A stretch of DNA of 64,000 nucleotides from positions 197,869 to 261,868 of the forward strand of contig JBAZNJ010000001.1 in the NCBI GenBank assembly GCA_041649315.1, given 5' to 3'. The notes under the pieces are model-generated. The model made no database searches. It was not told where the DNA came from and saw only the letters and a list, made by a program, of their open reading frames with translations. Source of the DNA: Patescibacteria group bacterium (lineage in GTDB: Bacteria > Patescibacteriota > Patescibacteriia > Patescibacteriales > UBA12465). A program made the translations under genes and the position numbers. This document shows, one piece after another, positions 54,224 to 63,640 of the stretch (the first letter of the stretch is position 1; every line of letters starts with the position of its first letter).

Positions 54224-55489
54224 CTAAAACCTTAAAATCTTTTTAAACCTTTCTCCTTTAACCGCGCCGATTAAAGCTAAATTCAAACCGCGGTTAACAA
54301 AAATTTTCTTCGCCGTCTTTTGCAAATCCGCGGCTGTGATTTTCTTGATTCGCGTTAAAAATTCCGCCGGAGTTAAAATTTTCGGCCGCGAAATCACTTG
54401 ACGCGCGTACCAATTAGCGAGATTATCAGTCGCTTCCATCTGCAAAGACATCTTGCCTTGCAAAAGATCTTTGGCACGTTTTAGTTCCGCGACACTCACC
54501 GGCGCCTCTTTAATCCGGCGATACTCGGCTAAAATAATGTTAACCGCTTCTTCGGCCCGGGCAATCGGCACACCGGCCTGAGTCGTTAAATATCCGGAAT
54601 CAGAATATAATTCCGTCATGGTCCGGACATAATAAGCCAAACCATTACGGCCGCGCAAATTCGTAAATAAGCGCGAGCTCATCGACCCGCCGAGGATAAT
54701 CGCTAAAAGCTTAACCTTAAATTCATCGGGATGACCGAAAGGATAGGCGCGAACGCCGAGCGATAAATTAACTTGATCAATCTTTTTATAAACCGTTAAA
54801 AGACGGGGCGCAGACTGTTTTTCTTTAACCGGCGATTTATCTTGCCACTTATTTTTCTTAAAAACTGAAAATAATTTCGCGGTTGCCTTTTTCGTTGCCG
54901 CGTCTATTCCGCCGGCTAAAACTACATAAACGCTACGCGTGCCATATTGCGATTTTAGATATTTAATAAAATCCTCCCGTTTAAAGCGCCGAATATTTTC
55001 TTTAGTCCCAATTGTATCCCAGCCGGCCGGGGTATCGCCGTACAAGCAAGTTTCAAAAACATCTTCAATATGCATCATCGGATTATCCTCATACATATTT
55101 AATTCCTCAATAATCACACCTTTTTCCTTTTCAATTTCCGCCGCGTCAAAACGCGAATTAAGCAACATGTCGCTTACGATATCCAGAGCCTGCGCCGCTT
55201 TTGCGGCGGCTACTTTAACCCAATAACCGGTAAATTCTTTGGCGGTAAAGGCATTATATTCGCCGCCCAAAGAATCAAGCTCGCTTGATAAAGCTAAAGT
55301 ATCCGGCCGCTTATTTGTTCCTTTAAAAAATAAATGTTCTAAAAAATGCGAAATCCCGTTATTAAGGCGATTTTCATATTTAGAACCGGTCTTAACAATC
55401 ACCAGGGCCGTCATGGTCGGTGCTTTTGGTAAGGGAATCGTAATTAAACGAAGTTTGTTTGACAAAATATCTATTTTATATTTGTTCAT
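54224..55489 (-). CDS. M16-family zinc peptidase (pitrilysin-like)
   Basis: HxxEH motif (HFLEHLFFKG). 421 aa with a two-domain M16 layout. Confidence 0.85.
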   Translation of the reverse strand: MNKYKIDILSNKLRLITIPLPKAPTMTALVIVKTGSKYENRLNNGISHFLEHLFFKGTNKRPDTLALSSELDSLGGEYNAFTAKEFTGYWVKVAAAKAAQALDIVSDMLLNSRFDAAEIEKEKGVIIEELNMYEDNPMMHIEDVFETCLYGDTPAGWDTIGTKENIRRFKREDFIKYLKSQYGTRSVYVVLAGGIDAATKKATAKLFSVFKKNKWQDKSPVKEKQSAPRLLTVYKKIDQVNLSLGVRAYPFGHPDEFKVKLLAIILGGSMSSRLFTNLRGRNGLAYYVRTMTELYSDSGYLTTQAGVPIARAEEAVNIILAEYRRIKEAPVSVAELKRAKDLLQGKMSLQMEATDNLANWYARQVISRPKILTPAEFLTRIKKITAADLQKTAKKIFVNRGLNLALIGAVKGERFKKILRF

Positions 55490-55594
55490 AAATTATTTTT
55501 TATTTTATTTTAGCGCGTTCTCTCGTATTTTAAATTTAACACATCTCTGATATAATTTAAAGGTGAGGAAAAAGATAAACAAAAAAATCCCTCA

Positions 55595-55632
55595 TTGATA
55601 ACTTTAAACTTGATAACTTGATAACTTTAAAC
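55595..55632 (+). promoter_or_regulatory. TTGATAAC(TTTAAAC) direct-repeat cluster overlapping a promoter candidate upstream of radC
   Basis: TTGATAACTTTAAAC (55595-609), TTGATAAC (55610-617) and TTGATAACTTTAAAC (55618-632). A possible -35 TTGATA (55610-15) is followed by 18 nt and then CATAAT (55634-39). Confidence 0.3.
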
Positions 55633-55639
55633 TCATAAT

Positions 55640-56356
55640 ATGCCTTACAAAATTAGCGACCGCAATTTCGTCTTAAATCGCGGCAAACAATATAAAATTC
55701 CGCGCGTCAAAGACATGGCCGATGACGAAAAACCGCGCGAAAAAATGATTAAAGAAGGGGCCGGCGTCCTAAGCTCGGCCGAACTTTTAGCCGTGGTGCT
55801 TAGTGTCGGCACAAAAAAAGAAGAGGTCTTCTCAATGGCGAGCCGCCTGCTCCGCGAATATGGCGAAAAAGGCATTGCTTACCAAAAAGATCCGAAGATA
55901 ATTGAAAGGGACTTAAAAATTCCAACGGTCAAGGCCTGCCAGATTGTCGCCTGTTTTGAGCTCGGCCGCCGCTTCTACCAGAAAAAACCCGGCGGCTCAA
56001 TTACAATCCGCACGGCTAAACAAGCCTTTGAACATTTAAAAGATATGGGCGGTCTTAATAAGGAACAATTCCGCGGCCTTTATCTTAATACTCATTATCA
56101 GCTAATCCATGACGAAGTAATCTCAATCGGCACCCTTGACTCTTCGATTGTCCAACCGCGCGAAGTTTTCCGGCCGGCGCTTGAATACTCCGCCGCCGCT
56201 ATAATTATCGCCCATAATCACCCCTCCGGCGTCTTAAAGGCGACCCGGGCCGATGTTGAAATTACGAATAAACTAATTGAAGCCGGCAATATTCTAGGAA
56301 TTGAAGTCCTGGACCATCTGATTATCGGTAAAAATAAATTTGCTAGTATAATATGA
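55640..56356 (+). CDS. radC: RadC-family JAB-domain protein
   Basis: EKPREKMIKEGAGVLSSAELLAVVLSVGT (HhH region) and the JAMM motif HNHPSG. 238 aa; the start may instead be M26. Confidence 0.9.
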   Translation: MPYKISDRNFVLNRGKQYKIPRVKDMADDEKPREKMIKEGAGVLSSAELLAVVLSVGTKKEEVFSMASRLLREYGEKGIAYQKDPKIIERDLKIPTVKACQIVACFELGRRFYQKKPGGSITIRTAKQAFEHLKDMGGLNKEQFRGLYLNTHYQLIHDEVISIGTLDSSIVQPREVFRPALEYSAAAIIIAHNHPSGVLKATRADVEITNKLIEAGNILGIEVLDHLIIGKNKFASII

Positions 56357-56745
56357 AAAAATATAAAATCACGCCGCTCGTCTGGTATGTAAAGGATGAA
56401 AAAAGTGTTAAATTCCATATTAAAAGCGACGATTATTTCGGCACGACCGCCACGATTCTAAGCTTGTTAAAACATCGGCTAAAACAAAACGGCGCTGAAA
56501 ACGCCGCTCTTTTAGGGGCTTTTGATAATCTGGAAGAAGATCTAATGTTTCTGCAAAAAAATTACCGAATCCATCCGCGAGCAACGGTTAAACGCAAAGT
56601 CGGAAATAAGAAAAAAGTTAAAGGCGCGGGGGCTAGAAGCAAAACAAAAATTCAAAGTAAAAAAGTTTCGACTCGGACAAAAACCAACGGTAAATCTAAG
56701 CCAGGCCGAAATCAACGGCAAAAATCGAAATCCAAAAAAACCTAA
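56353..56745 (+). CDS. hypothetical protein with an extremely basic Lys-rich tail (130 aa)
   Basis: ATGA overlap with the radC stop suggests translational coupling. The C-terminal ~50 aa are K/R/S/T-rich. Confidence 0.5.
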   Translation: MKKYKITPLVWYVKDEKSVKFHIKSDDYFGTTATILSLLKHRLKQNGAENAALLGAFDNLEEDLMFLQKNYRIHPRATVKRKVGNKKKVKGAGARSKTKIQSKKVSTRTKTNGKSKPGRNQRQKSKSKKT

Positions 56746-56748
56746 AAA

Positions 56749-58113
56749 TCAAAGCAGGCCTAAAATAAGAAACAAGAAAATCAAACCGAAGGGCAAACTT
56801 AAAAGCCAATGATCAAAAACCATTAAAACCAATAAGGCACCAAAAACTGCGCCGGGGACCACTAGGTTCCGGCGTTTTTTAACAGCTAAAAACAGAAAAC
56901 CGAGAAAAAACATCAAAGCCATAATTCCGCTTTCCGCCCAGAACAAAAGAAAAACATTATGAACCGGCTGATAGGCCCAGGATTCTTTTTTAATCTCATC
57001 GCGAACTTCTAAGGCGCGGGAATAGTTACCAAAACCAACGCCGAAAACCGGTTTTTCTTTGATTAAGGTAAAAGATTGGCTCAAATATTCTCGTCGTTCA
57101 CTTAAAGATTTTTCTTCTAACCGGGTTTCGCCGACTATTCTTACCCGCACTAATTCTTTATAAGGCATCGCGACGACAAATAACATTACTGCCGAAAAGA
57201 AGATAAGCGCGAGAAGACGATCAATAATCCAGCGATCCTTTTGGATAATCAAAACCACTAGCAGAACCAACAGACCGAACACTAGAGCAAGCCAAGCCGA
57301 ACGGGAAAAAGTAAAGAAAAGGGCAAACAAAGAAACAAAATAAAAAACAAATAAAAAAATCGATTCGCTGATTTCCCGCGCCGAGGCGATTATTTTCTTC
57401 TTCGCCAATAAGTACGCGGCAATAATCATACTAATCGCTAAAACGCCGCCGAAAATATTCGGATGGTCAAAGCCGCCGTAAGCTCTTAGCCAGCGCCCGG
57501 ACGTCGTTTCAACAACCGCCGTGCCTAAAATATCGGCATGATGAGCCGCCAAGCCCAGATATTTACAGGCAAAAGCGCTTTGGCTTAAAAATTGATAGAT
57601 GCCGAGCGCGGCCTGAAAAAATATTCCGGCTAAAAAACTATAAATTATCGTAGCGCGATTAAGACCTTTTTCATCATAAGCGGCCGGCCGGATACCTTCC
57701 CGCAAAAGATAAAACAAGCCGACACCGACGAGAAATAAAACATAATGGAAAAAAGCTAAGACCTGGTCCGGCGCGAAAAAGAAAGAAATTAAAACGAAAA
57801 CTTCTAAACCACACAAAGAAATCCATAGGGCACTAATCTTTTCTTGACCAGAACGAGTACGTAATTTATGGACAAAGAAAAGGATTAAGATTACCAAAAG
57901 CAAAACATGCGTGGCGTAGACCGCTATTTCATTAAAGTTATTATCAGCCGAACGCAAAATCAACTTGGTTTGCCAAGGTAAAAGAAAAATAAAAAGATAA
58001 AAAAGGTATTCAATCGCGTGCCGGCATAATCTCATTAATTTTGTGTCCATATTTTTCTTTAAATTCCCGGCGCCGGTCGCGCAAATAAAACTTAAGCACG
58101 CAATCGTTAACAA
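56749..58113 (-). CDS. O-antigen-ligase-like (Wzy_C) polytopic membrane protein
   Basis: About 12 TM helices with a loop containing FSRSAWLAL, typical of Wzy_C/WaaL-like proteins. The true start is probably internal (M22/M27), because the track ORF overlaps the upstream gene by ~100 nt. Confidence 0.65.
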   Translation of the reverse strand: MLTIACLSFICATGAGNLKKNMDTKLMRLCRHAIEYLFYLFIFLLPWQTKLILRSADNNFNEIAVYATHVLLLVILILFFVHKLRTRSGQEKISALWISLCGLEVFVLISFFFAPDQVLAFFHYVLFLVGVGLFYLLREGIRPAAYDEKGLNRATIIYSFLAGIFFQAALGIYQFLSQSAFACKYLGLAAHHADILGTAVVETTSGRWLRAYGGFDHPNIFGGVLAISMIIAAYLLAKKKIIASAREISESIFLFVFYFVSLFALFFTFSRSAWLALVFGLLVLLVVLIIQKDRWIIDRLLALIFFSAVMLFVVAMPYKELVRVRIVGETRLEEKSLSERREYLSQSFTLIKEKPVFGVGFGNYSRALEVRDEIKKESWAYQPVHNVFLLFWAESGIMALMFFLGFLFLAVKKRRNLVVPGAVFGALLVLMVFDHWLLSLPFGLIFLFLILGLL

Positions 58114-59014
58114 TAACGCCGTCGGAATTATTCATGGCCGCCCGTAAAGCCGACGGCATTATTTTTAATTGAAATTTTTTTAAAATTTTTTCTAGGCGGT
58201 CACCAAAGGGATTCGACTTGGCTATTGGCGCACCCGGCGTAGACACTATTTTCGAAAAACAACTTTCAGCCATTACCGACCCAGGCGCATCAACTATTAC
58301 ATCATCCGAAAAATGCCGTCTATCCGTCGCTGTTTCCCGATTCCCCGGTGCCTTGTCGCCCAAGCCGTTCGCCGCCTGAAAATTTTCATAAACCTTATCC
58401 TTATTATACAACAAAACTAAATCTTTTAGCCAATAATCAAAATAGGGATCGCCGCCAGGAAGTTTTAAATCATCAAGATTCAGATAATCCGCGGTTATAT
58501 AAAAGCTCAAACAGATTTTATCCCGCTTCTGTCCGGCTCGCGGCCGGCTATTTAATAATTTTGCCAGGCCGGCGCAATAAAAACGGCTTAACCATAAACG
58601 GCGCGGCGCGGTAATGATAAAAAAATCAATATCGCTTCCATCGCGCAAATTATGGGCGCCTAAAGAATTTGCTACGGCAATGACTTTTACAAAAGGGGCC
58701 AGGGAAAACAAACGGACAAAACGAGCCGCCTTTTTGATTTTTCGCCGCGCGTAATTATAACGCTCCTGCCTGATGGTAACTATTTCTTCTCGGCCGGCTA
58801 AAAAATAAAAGCCGTTTTCGGACCCAATCCGGCCGCTAAAACCAGCGGCACCATCAGCTAAAACTTCCATGATTTCCACTAATGCGAATTTCTTACCTAA
58901 ATACTGATAAATTTCAAAAGCGGTCAGAGGATAATTAAACAAATCAAAGAAAGCAATCGTTTTAAGGATCACCTGGGTTAAGCTGTCTTGATGAATGTTA
59001 TCTTTAATTATCAT
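58010..59014 (-). CDS. hypothetical protein with a nucleotidyltransferase-fold motif
   Basis: GSDIDFFIIT (G-S-x-D-x-D) motif. 334 aa, with a 4-nt overlap with the upstream gene. Confidence 0.45.
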   Translation of the reverse strand: MIIKDNIHQDSLTQVILKTIAFFDLFNYPLTAFEIYQYLGKKFALVEIMEVLADGAAGFSGRIGSENGFYFLAGREEIVTIRQERYNYARRKIKKAARFVRLFSLAPFVKVIAVANSLGAHNLRDGSDIDFFIITAPRRLWLSRFYCAGLAKLLNSRPRAGQKRDKICLSFYITADYLNLDDLKLPGGDPYFDYWLKDLVLLYNKDKVYENFQAANGLGDKAPGNRETATDRRHFSDDVIVDAPGSVMAESCFSKIVSTPGAPIAKSNPFGDRLEKILKKFQLKIMPSALRAAMNNSDGVIVNDCVLKFYLRDRRREFKEKYGHKINEIMPARD

Positions 59015-60363
59015 AACTTTTTCACAATCCCCTTATCTGCATTTACTTCAACCAAATCACCATCTTTTAAAACTTTTGTAGCTATTCTAGTGCCAATAAT
59101 ACATGGTTTATTCATCTCTCTGGCTACTATAGCGGCATGGCAAGTAATACCGCCTTCATCGGTAATAAAAGCAATCGCTTTTTGCATTAGAGGTAAAAAT
59201 TCTGGTCTAGTCATTGAGGTGACTAAAATGTCTCCTTTATTTATACTAGCAAATTTTGAATCAAAAACAACTCTCACTTTACCTATGATATTTTTCCCGC
59301 CGTTCCCTACCATGCCTTTTATTTCCTTAATTTTGCCCTTGTCTCCATAAAATGTTTTTTCCACGCCAAGCCATAACTTCGAGCTGGCTTCTATAAAACC
59401 ATCTTCAGCCATTATTCCGTATCTTGCATTATTTTTTGCATATCTTTTCGCGCTCTCTAATATCTCAGTATCGCCCCCATCTAAAATTTTTATAATTTCA
59501 TCCATTGCCAGCCACTTTAATTCATTAAAAGACCACCCTTTTTGAACGCATAACTCATTAAGCCACGCTTCCATTAAATCAACCACAATTAAAAAAAGTT
59601 TTTTCTTGTCGTCTCTAAAAGTAATCGCCTTTGAGCTTGCCTCGACTAAAAGACTAAATTTTTTATCTATTTTTTGTTTTTTACGTTTACGATTTACAGA
59701 TTCTTCACGTCGCGCAAAATTTAAAAGCCACTCTTTGGTTATATTAAATTTGCCTTTGTAAGAATTTTGAAACCATCCGTATTTTTCTATAAATTTAAGG
59801 GAAATTTTATCCCAATCCCCATTGTATAGTTTTTCTAACTTTAATAATTCCTCATGCGCCTTGCTTATAAAAGATTTTTCTTTAGTAAATATATTGCTCC
59901 TAATACTTTCTAGCTCTTTTGAGTTATTTTTTTCTTTGTTTTTTAAAAATTCGTCTAGCGCGTAGTCAAAACCGAATAAAATTCCCGCTGAATCGGACAG
60001 TATTTTTTGAGCAGGAACCCACCATTTTTTAAAATCCTGATGACTTTTATTTTTTCTTGTTTCAAGACATAAATTTATTACGTTTTTCATCGCCCGATGC
60101 ACTCTATCAAAATCTTTTATAAAATTATCATTGCCAGCCAATAATTCATTTATTATTCTCTTTCCAGTCTTCAAAAATGGCTCTCGCGGAACATATCCTT
60201 CTAACTGAGCCTCGTGGAAATAATTTAAAAAATACACCCACCTGGTAAAATATTTTTCATTAGTTGGGCGGGCGACTTTTTGATAAACAGATGTAAATAA
60301 AGGATAGGCTTCATATTGCCATCTATAACTTTCCCCCCAAATTTTGAGATTAAATTCTTTCAT
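59011..60363 (-). CDS. protein with a C-terminal PEP-utilising-enzyme mobile (swivelling phosphohistidine) domain and an unassigned N-terminal domain
   Basis: GDILVTSMTRPEFLPLMQKAIAFITDEGGITCHAAIVAREMNKPCIIGT matches the PpsA/PPDK phosphohistidine domain. The first ~330 aa have no recognisable motif. Confidence 0.7.
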   Translation of the reverse strand: MKEFNLKIWGESYRWQYEAYPLFTSVYQKVARPTNEKYFTRWVYFLNYFHEAQLEGYVPREPFLKTGKRIINELLAGNDNFIKDFDRVHRAMKNVINLCLETRKNKSHQDFKKWWVPAQKILSDSAGILFGFDYALDEFLKNKEKNNSKELESIRSNIFTKEKSFISKAHEELLKLEKLYNGDWDKISLKFIEKYGWFQNSYKGKFNITKEWLLNFARREESVNRKRKKQKIDKKFSLLVEASSKAITFRDDKKKLFLIVVDLMEAWLNELCVQKGWSFNELKWLAMDEIIKILDGGDTEILESAKRYAKNNARYGIMAEDGFIEASSKLWLGVEKTFYGDKGKIKEIKGMVGNGGKNIIGKVRVVFDSKFASINKGDILVTSMTRPEFLPLMQKAIAFITDEGGITCHAAIVAREMNKPCIIGTRIATKVLKDGDLVEVNADKGIVKKL

Positions 60364-60465
60364 AAAAAATGTTGTCTGCTGGAGAGAGTAAGCGCCCTGG
60401 TCACAACCATCACAAAAATTTTATGCGCCTTAATTTTAAGACAAAATTCAGGTACTAGGCTTATA

Positions 60466-61182
60466 CTATTTAAGCGGTCTTTTAATTATTAGATCAACCT
60501 CCGGATTATCTAACTTTAAATTTTCAATTACTTTTTTAGCGACAGGTTCAACCTCCATATACTTATTCAAATCTACTGGGTATTTTTCTTTATATATTTC
60601 TGTCTGCATTCCCCCAGGAAACACTCCGTAAATTTTTATGTTGGAATCTTTCAACTCTTGGCGAATTGATTCAGTTAATCCTTTAATGGCAAACTTGGAT
60701 GCTGAATAGGCTGAAATCCCTGGCTTACCATTAAGCCCGGCGGTTGAATTAATATTTATAATCAAGCCCTTCTCTTGTTTTTTCATATATAACAAGGCGG
60801 TTTGGCAACCATAAAAATATCCAAAAAAATTAACATCAAATAAGTGGTGTAATTTTTTAATATCAACTTCTTCAACTAAACTCGGCGCTATTTGAATCCC
60901 GGCGTTATTTATCCAAATATCAATCGTGCCATATTTTTCAAACACATAATTACTAAGCTTATCCATATCTTCCGCCGAAGTTACATCGGCTAAAAAGTAA
61001 TCAGATGATAATTCTTTCGCGACAAGCTCTAAACTATTTTTATCATGACTACTAATAATAACTTTTGCTCCTTCGACTATAAAAGCACCGGCAAGAGCTT
61101 CGCCAAATCCATGGCTACCGCCAGTGATTATAATAATTTTACCATTTAAATTCATATATATTTTTACTATGCTCCTCCTCAA
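60466..61182 (-). CDS. short-chain dehydrogenase/reductase (SDR)
   Basis: TGGSHGFG cofactor motif, NNAG and catalytic YSASKFA. 238 aa. Confidence 0.9.
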   Translation of the reverse strand: MRRSIVKIYMNLNGKIIIITGGSHGFGEALAGAFIVEGAKVIISSHDKNSLELVAKELSSDYFLADVTSAEDMDKLSNYVFEKYGTIDIWINNAGIQIAPSLVEEVDIKKLHHLFDVNFFGYFYGCQTALLYMKKQEKGLIININSTAGLNGKPGISAYSASKFAIKGLTESIRQELKDSNIKIYGVFPGGMQTEIYKEKYPVDLNKYMEVEPVAKKVIENLKLDNPEVDLIIKRPLK

Positions 61183-62288
61183 CTCCCCTTTGGCTTCTCG
61201 ATTTTCAAAACCTCAATCTTGCTTTCCTTGTCGGTAATCTTCGTCACGTCCTTATCAATTTTCTTAAACTCGGCGTAGGCGTTATTATAATGATTAACCG
61301 TCGTGGACATAGACACGCCTAATTTTTTCATAAATTCGTCATAACTGCCCATATGCCGCTGAAGTTTTTCAATATTCGCTCTAATCTCTTTAGCTTTCTC
61401 CTCAATTTGCATCGCTTTCAAGCCTTGTAAAACCGTCTGGAGATAAGCTAAGAAAGAAGTCGGGGAAACAATAATCACTTTCTTGTCGCGGAAAGCGTAT
61501 TCAATTAAATCGCGCGTGTTAACCTTGACCGCTCCGACCGAATTAACCAATAAATCATAATAAATCGCTTCGGAAGGAATGAACATAAACGCGAATTCCA
61601 TCGTTCCTTCCGACGGCTTAACGTATTTCGCGGTCTCGTCAATCCGATTTTTCAAATCCGCCTTAAACTGCGCTTCTAATTTCTTGCGCGCTTCCGGATC
61701 ACTGGTATTCAATAATTTTTCATAATTTTCCAAAGTAAATTTCGCGTCCACCGGAATAATTTTATCTTTCACGAAAACCACCGCGTCCACAATCGTGCCG
61801 TCTTTAAACGGATATTGCATCTGATAAGATTTCGGCGGCAAAACATTTTTTAAAGTTTCCTCTAAAAAATATTCGCCGAGCACGCCGCGCTGTTTCGGAT
61901 TTTTTAAAATATCCTGCAAATTTTGCAATTGAGCAGAAAAATTAACCACTTGCTTATTGGTTTCATCCAGTTTCGTCAGCTTTTCAGTCACGTCGGCGAT
62001 GAGTTTTGACGATTGCGAAGTGATATTCTGGATAATTTTCGCGTTCTGGCCGAATTGTTCCTGGCTCGTTCGGTGCGTTTCCGATAATTTTCGATCTAAT
62101 TCCTGGCGCAACTCGCTATTCTGCGTCGCGAGCTGGGCGAGCTTTTCCGATTGTTGAATTAAACGTTCAGTTACGGCGTCAATTTTTTGATCGCCTCCGC
62201 CTTCTTTACGGCGAAGCAATAAAAAAATTACCGCCGCCACGCCGGCAGCTAAGATAATTAAGAAAAAATAAATAAGATAATTGTTCAT
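61179..62288 (-). CDS. rmuC: DNA recombination protein RmuC
   Basis: N-terminal TM plus a long coiled coil, then an RmuC nuclease-like C-domain (GVLGEYFLEETL.., PVDAKF..). 369 aa. Confidence 0.85.
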   Translation of the reverse strand: MNNYLIYFFLIILAAGVAAVIFLLLRRKEGGGDQKIDAVTERLIQQSEKLAQLATQNSELRQELDRKLSETHRTSQEQFGQNAKIIQNITSQSSKLIADVTEKLTKLDETNKQVVNFSAQLQNLQDILKNPKQRGVLGEYFLEETLKNVLPPKSYQMQYPFKDGTIVDAVVFVKDKIIPVDAKFTLENYEKLLNTSDPEARKKLEAQFKADLKNRIDETAKYVKPSEGTMEFAFMFIPSEAIYYDLLVNSVGAVKVNTRDLIEYAFRDKKVIIVSPTSFLAYLQTVLQGLKAMQIEEKAKEIRANIEKLQRHMGSYDEFMKKLGVSMSTTVNHYNNAYAEFKKIDKDVTKITDKESKIEVLKIEKPKGS

Positions 62289-62305
62289 AACTCAGATATA
62301 AAATT

Positions 62306-63478
62306 TTACACTAAAGCTGATAAAAATTTACTAATATTCATTACTCTAATTTTATCGACCATAAAATCAACCTCATCTAAAACTAACTGAAAGGCTAAAA
62401 GAGATTTGTTTTGCTCCGCTAAATATTTTAAATTTTTAGAAACCTCCCGACTATTACTTTTTACTTCAATCGCCAACCAAGGCTTTTTATCGACCGCAAT
62501 TATAAAATCCACCTCCCGGCCCTCTAAGTCGCGCCAAAAAAATAACTCCGCTTGATCGCCTTTTACGTCATGCAAAAAATGAGTAAATTTTAATAAATGA
62601 GACGCCACTAAATTCTCTAGGCGTTTTCCTTGTTCGTCAACTTGCGACCAATCCCAAAGATATAATTTTGCCGCCTTTCTTAAAGATTTCACTGTAGAGA
62701 AAGCAAAGGGATAAATTCGAAAACTATAATAAAAATTTTCTAAAATATTAACCCACAAAGATACAGTCTTATGATTAACTTCTAAATCTAAACGCAAATT
62801 ATTGACGGACAACAAAGAACCAACTTTTTCCGGTAAAATATCAACTAATAATTGCATCCCCGATAGATTACGGATAATTTCTACATCCCTAATATCTTCT
62901 TTAACTAAAAGATCTTTCCTGGCGTTATGCCAACGTTTTAAATCGTTAATATTCTTTTTAAAAAGCACTTCCGGAAAACCGCCAAAAGTCATTAAATCGT
63001 TAAAATCCTTTTCAGTTCTCTTGTCGGGAGCCGTAAAAGATAAGGTTTTCCCGATTTTTCCGGAAAATATCCGGCCGGATAGCTCGGCTAAAGAAAAGGG
63101 GTGGAGCCGATAATAATGATACCGGCCAAAAATAGAATCACCGCCGCGACGATATAAATCTAAACGGGCGCTACCGGTCACTAAAATTTTAAAATCATCT
63201 TTATACTTATCGAATACTCCTTTAATATAATTTTTCCAACGCCGATATTTATGTAGTTCATCAAAAATTAACAAATCGGCCGCGGCGGGTAAATTATTTT
63301 TTTCAATCATCTTCCGATCATCATAAACATCCCAATTTAAATAACTAGGATTTTTAAAATAATTTTGTCCAATTATTTTTGCTAAAGTGGTCTTGCCGAC
63401 CTGTCTCGGCCCGCCGATAAAAACCATCTTATCCTTTAGATCGCTCTTTATAAATTTTGCTAAATATCTCTTTTCCAT
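62306..63478 (-). CDS. AAA-type ATPase with a DUF4143-like C-terminal domain
   Basis: Walker A GPRQVGKTT, Walker B LLIFDELHK. The C-terminal half is typical of the COG1373-type ATPase family. Confidence 0.8.
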   Translation of the reverse strand: MEKRYLAKFIKSDLKDKMVFIGGPRQVGKTTLAKIIGQNYFKNPSYLNWDVYDDRKMIEKNNLPAAADLLIFDELHKYRRWKNYIKGVFDKYKDDFKILVTGSARLDLYRRGGDSIFGRYHYYRLHPFSLAELSGRIFSGKIGKTLSFTAPDKRTEKDFNDLMTFGGFPEVLFKKNINDLKRWHNARKDLLVKEDIRDVEIIRNLSGMQLLVDILPEKVGSLLSVNNLRLDLEVNHKTVSLWVNILENFYYSFRIYPFAFSTVKSLRKAAKLYLWDWSQVDEQGKRLENLVASHLLKFTHFLHDVKGDQAELFFWRDLEGREVDFIIAVDKKPWLAIEVKSNSREVSKNLKYLAEQNKSLLAFQLVLDEVDFMVDKIRVMNISKFLSALV

Positions 63479-63640
63479 AATCCCTAAACTAAAAAATTAA
63501 TGTCCACCTAAATATTATACCAAACTACAAAATTTAGGCAAATATTTTATACTTTGGTGTAAAATTTATGATATACCGATTTTATTATTCAATATTAGCG
63601 AAAAAATATCTGCCCAAAATCTTGCTATTTTCAAAAAATC

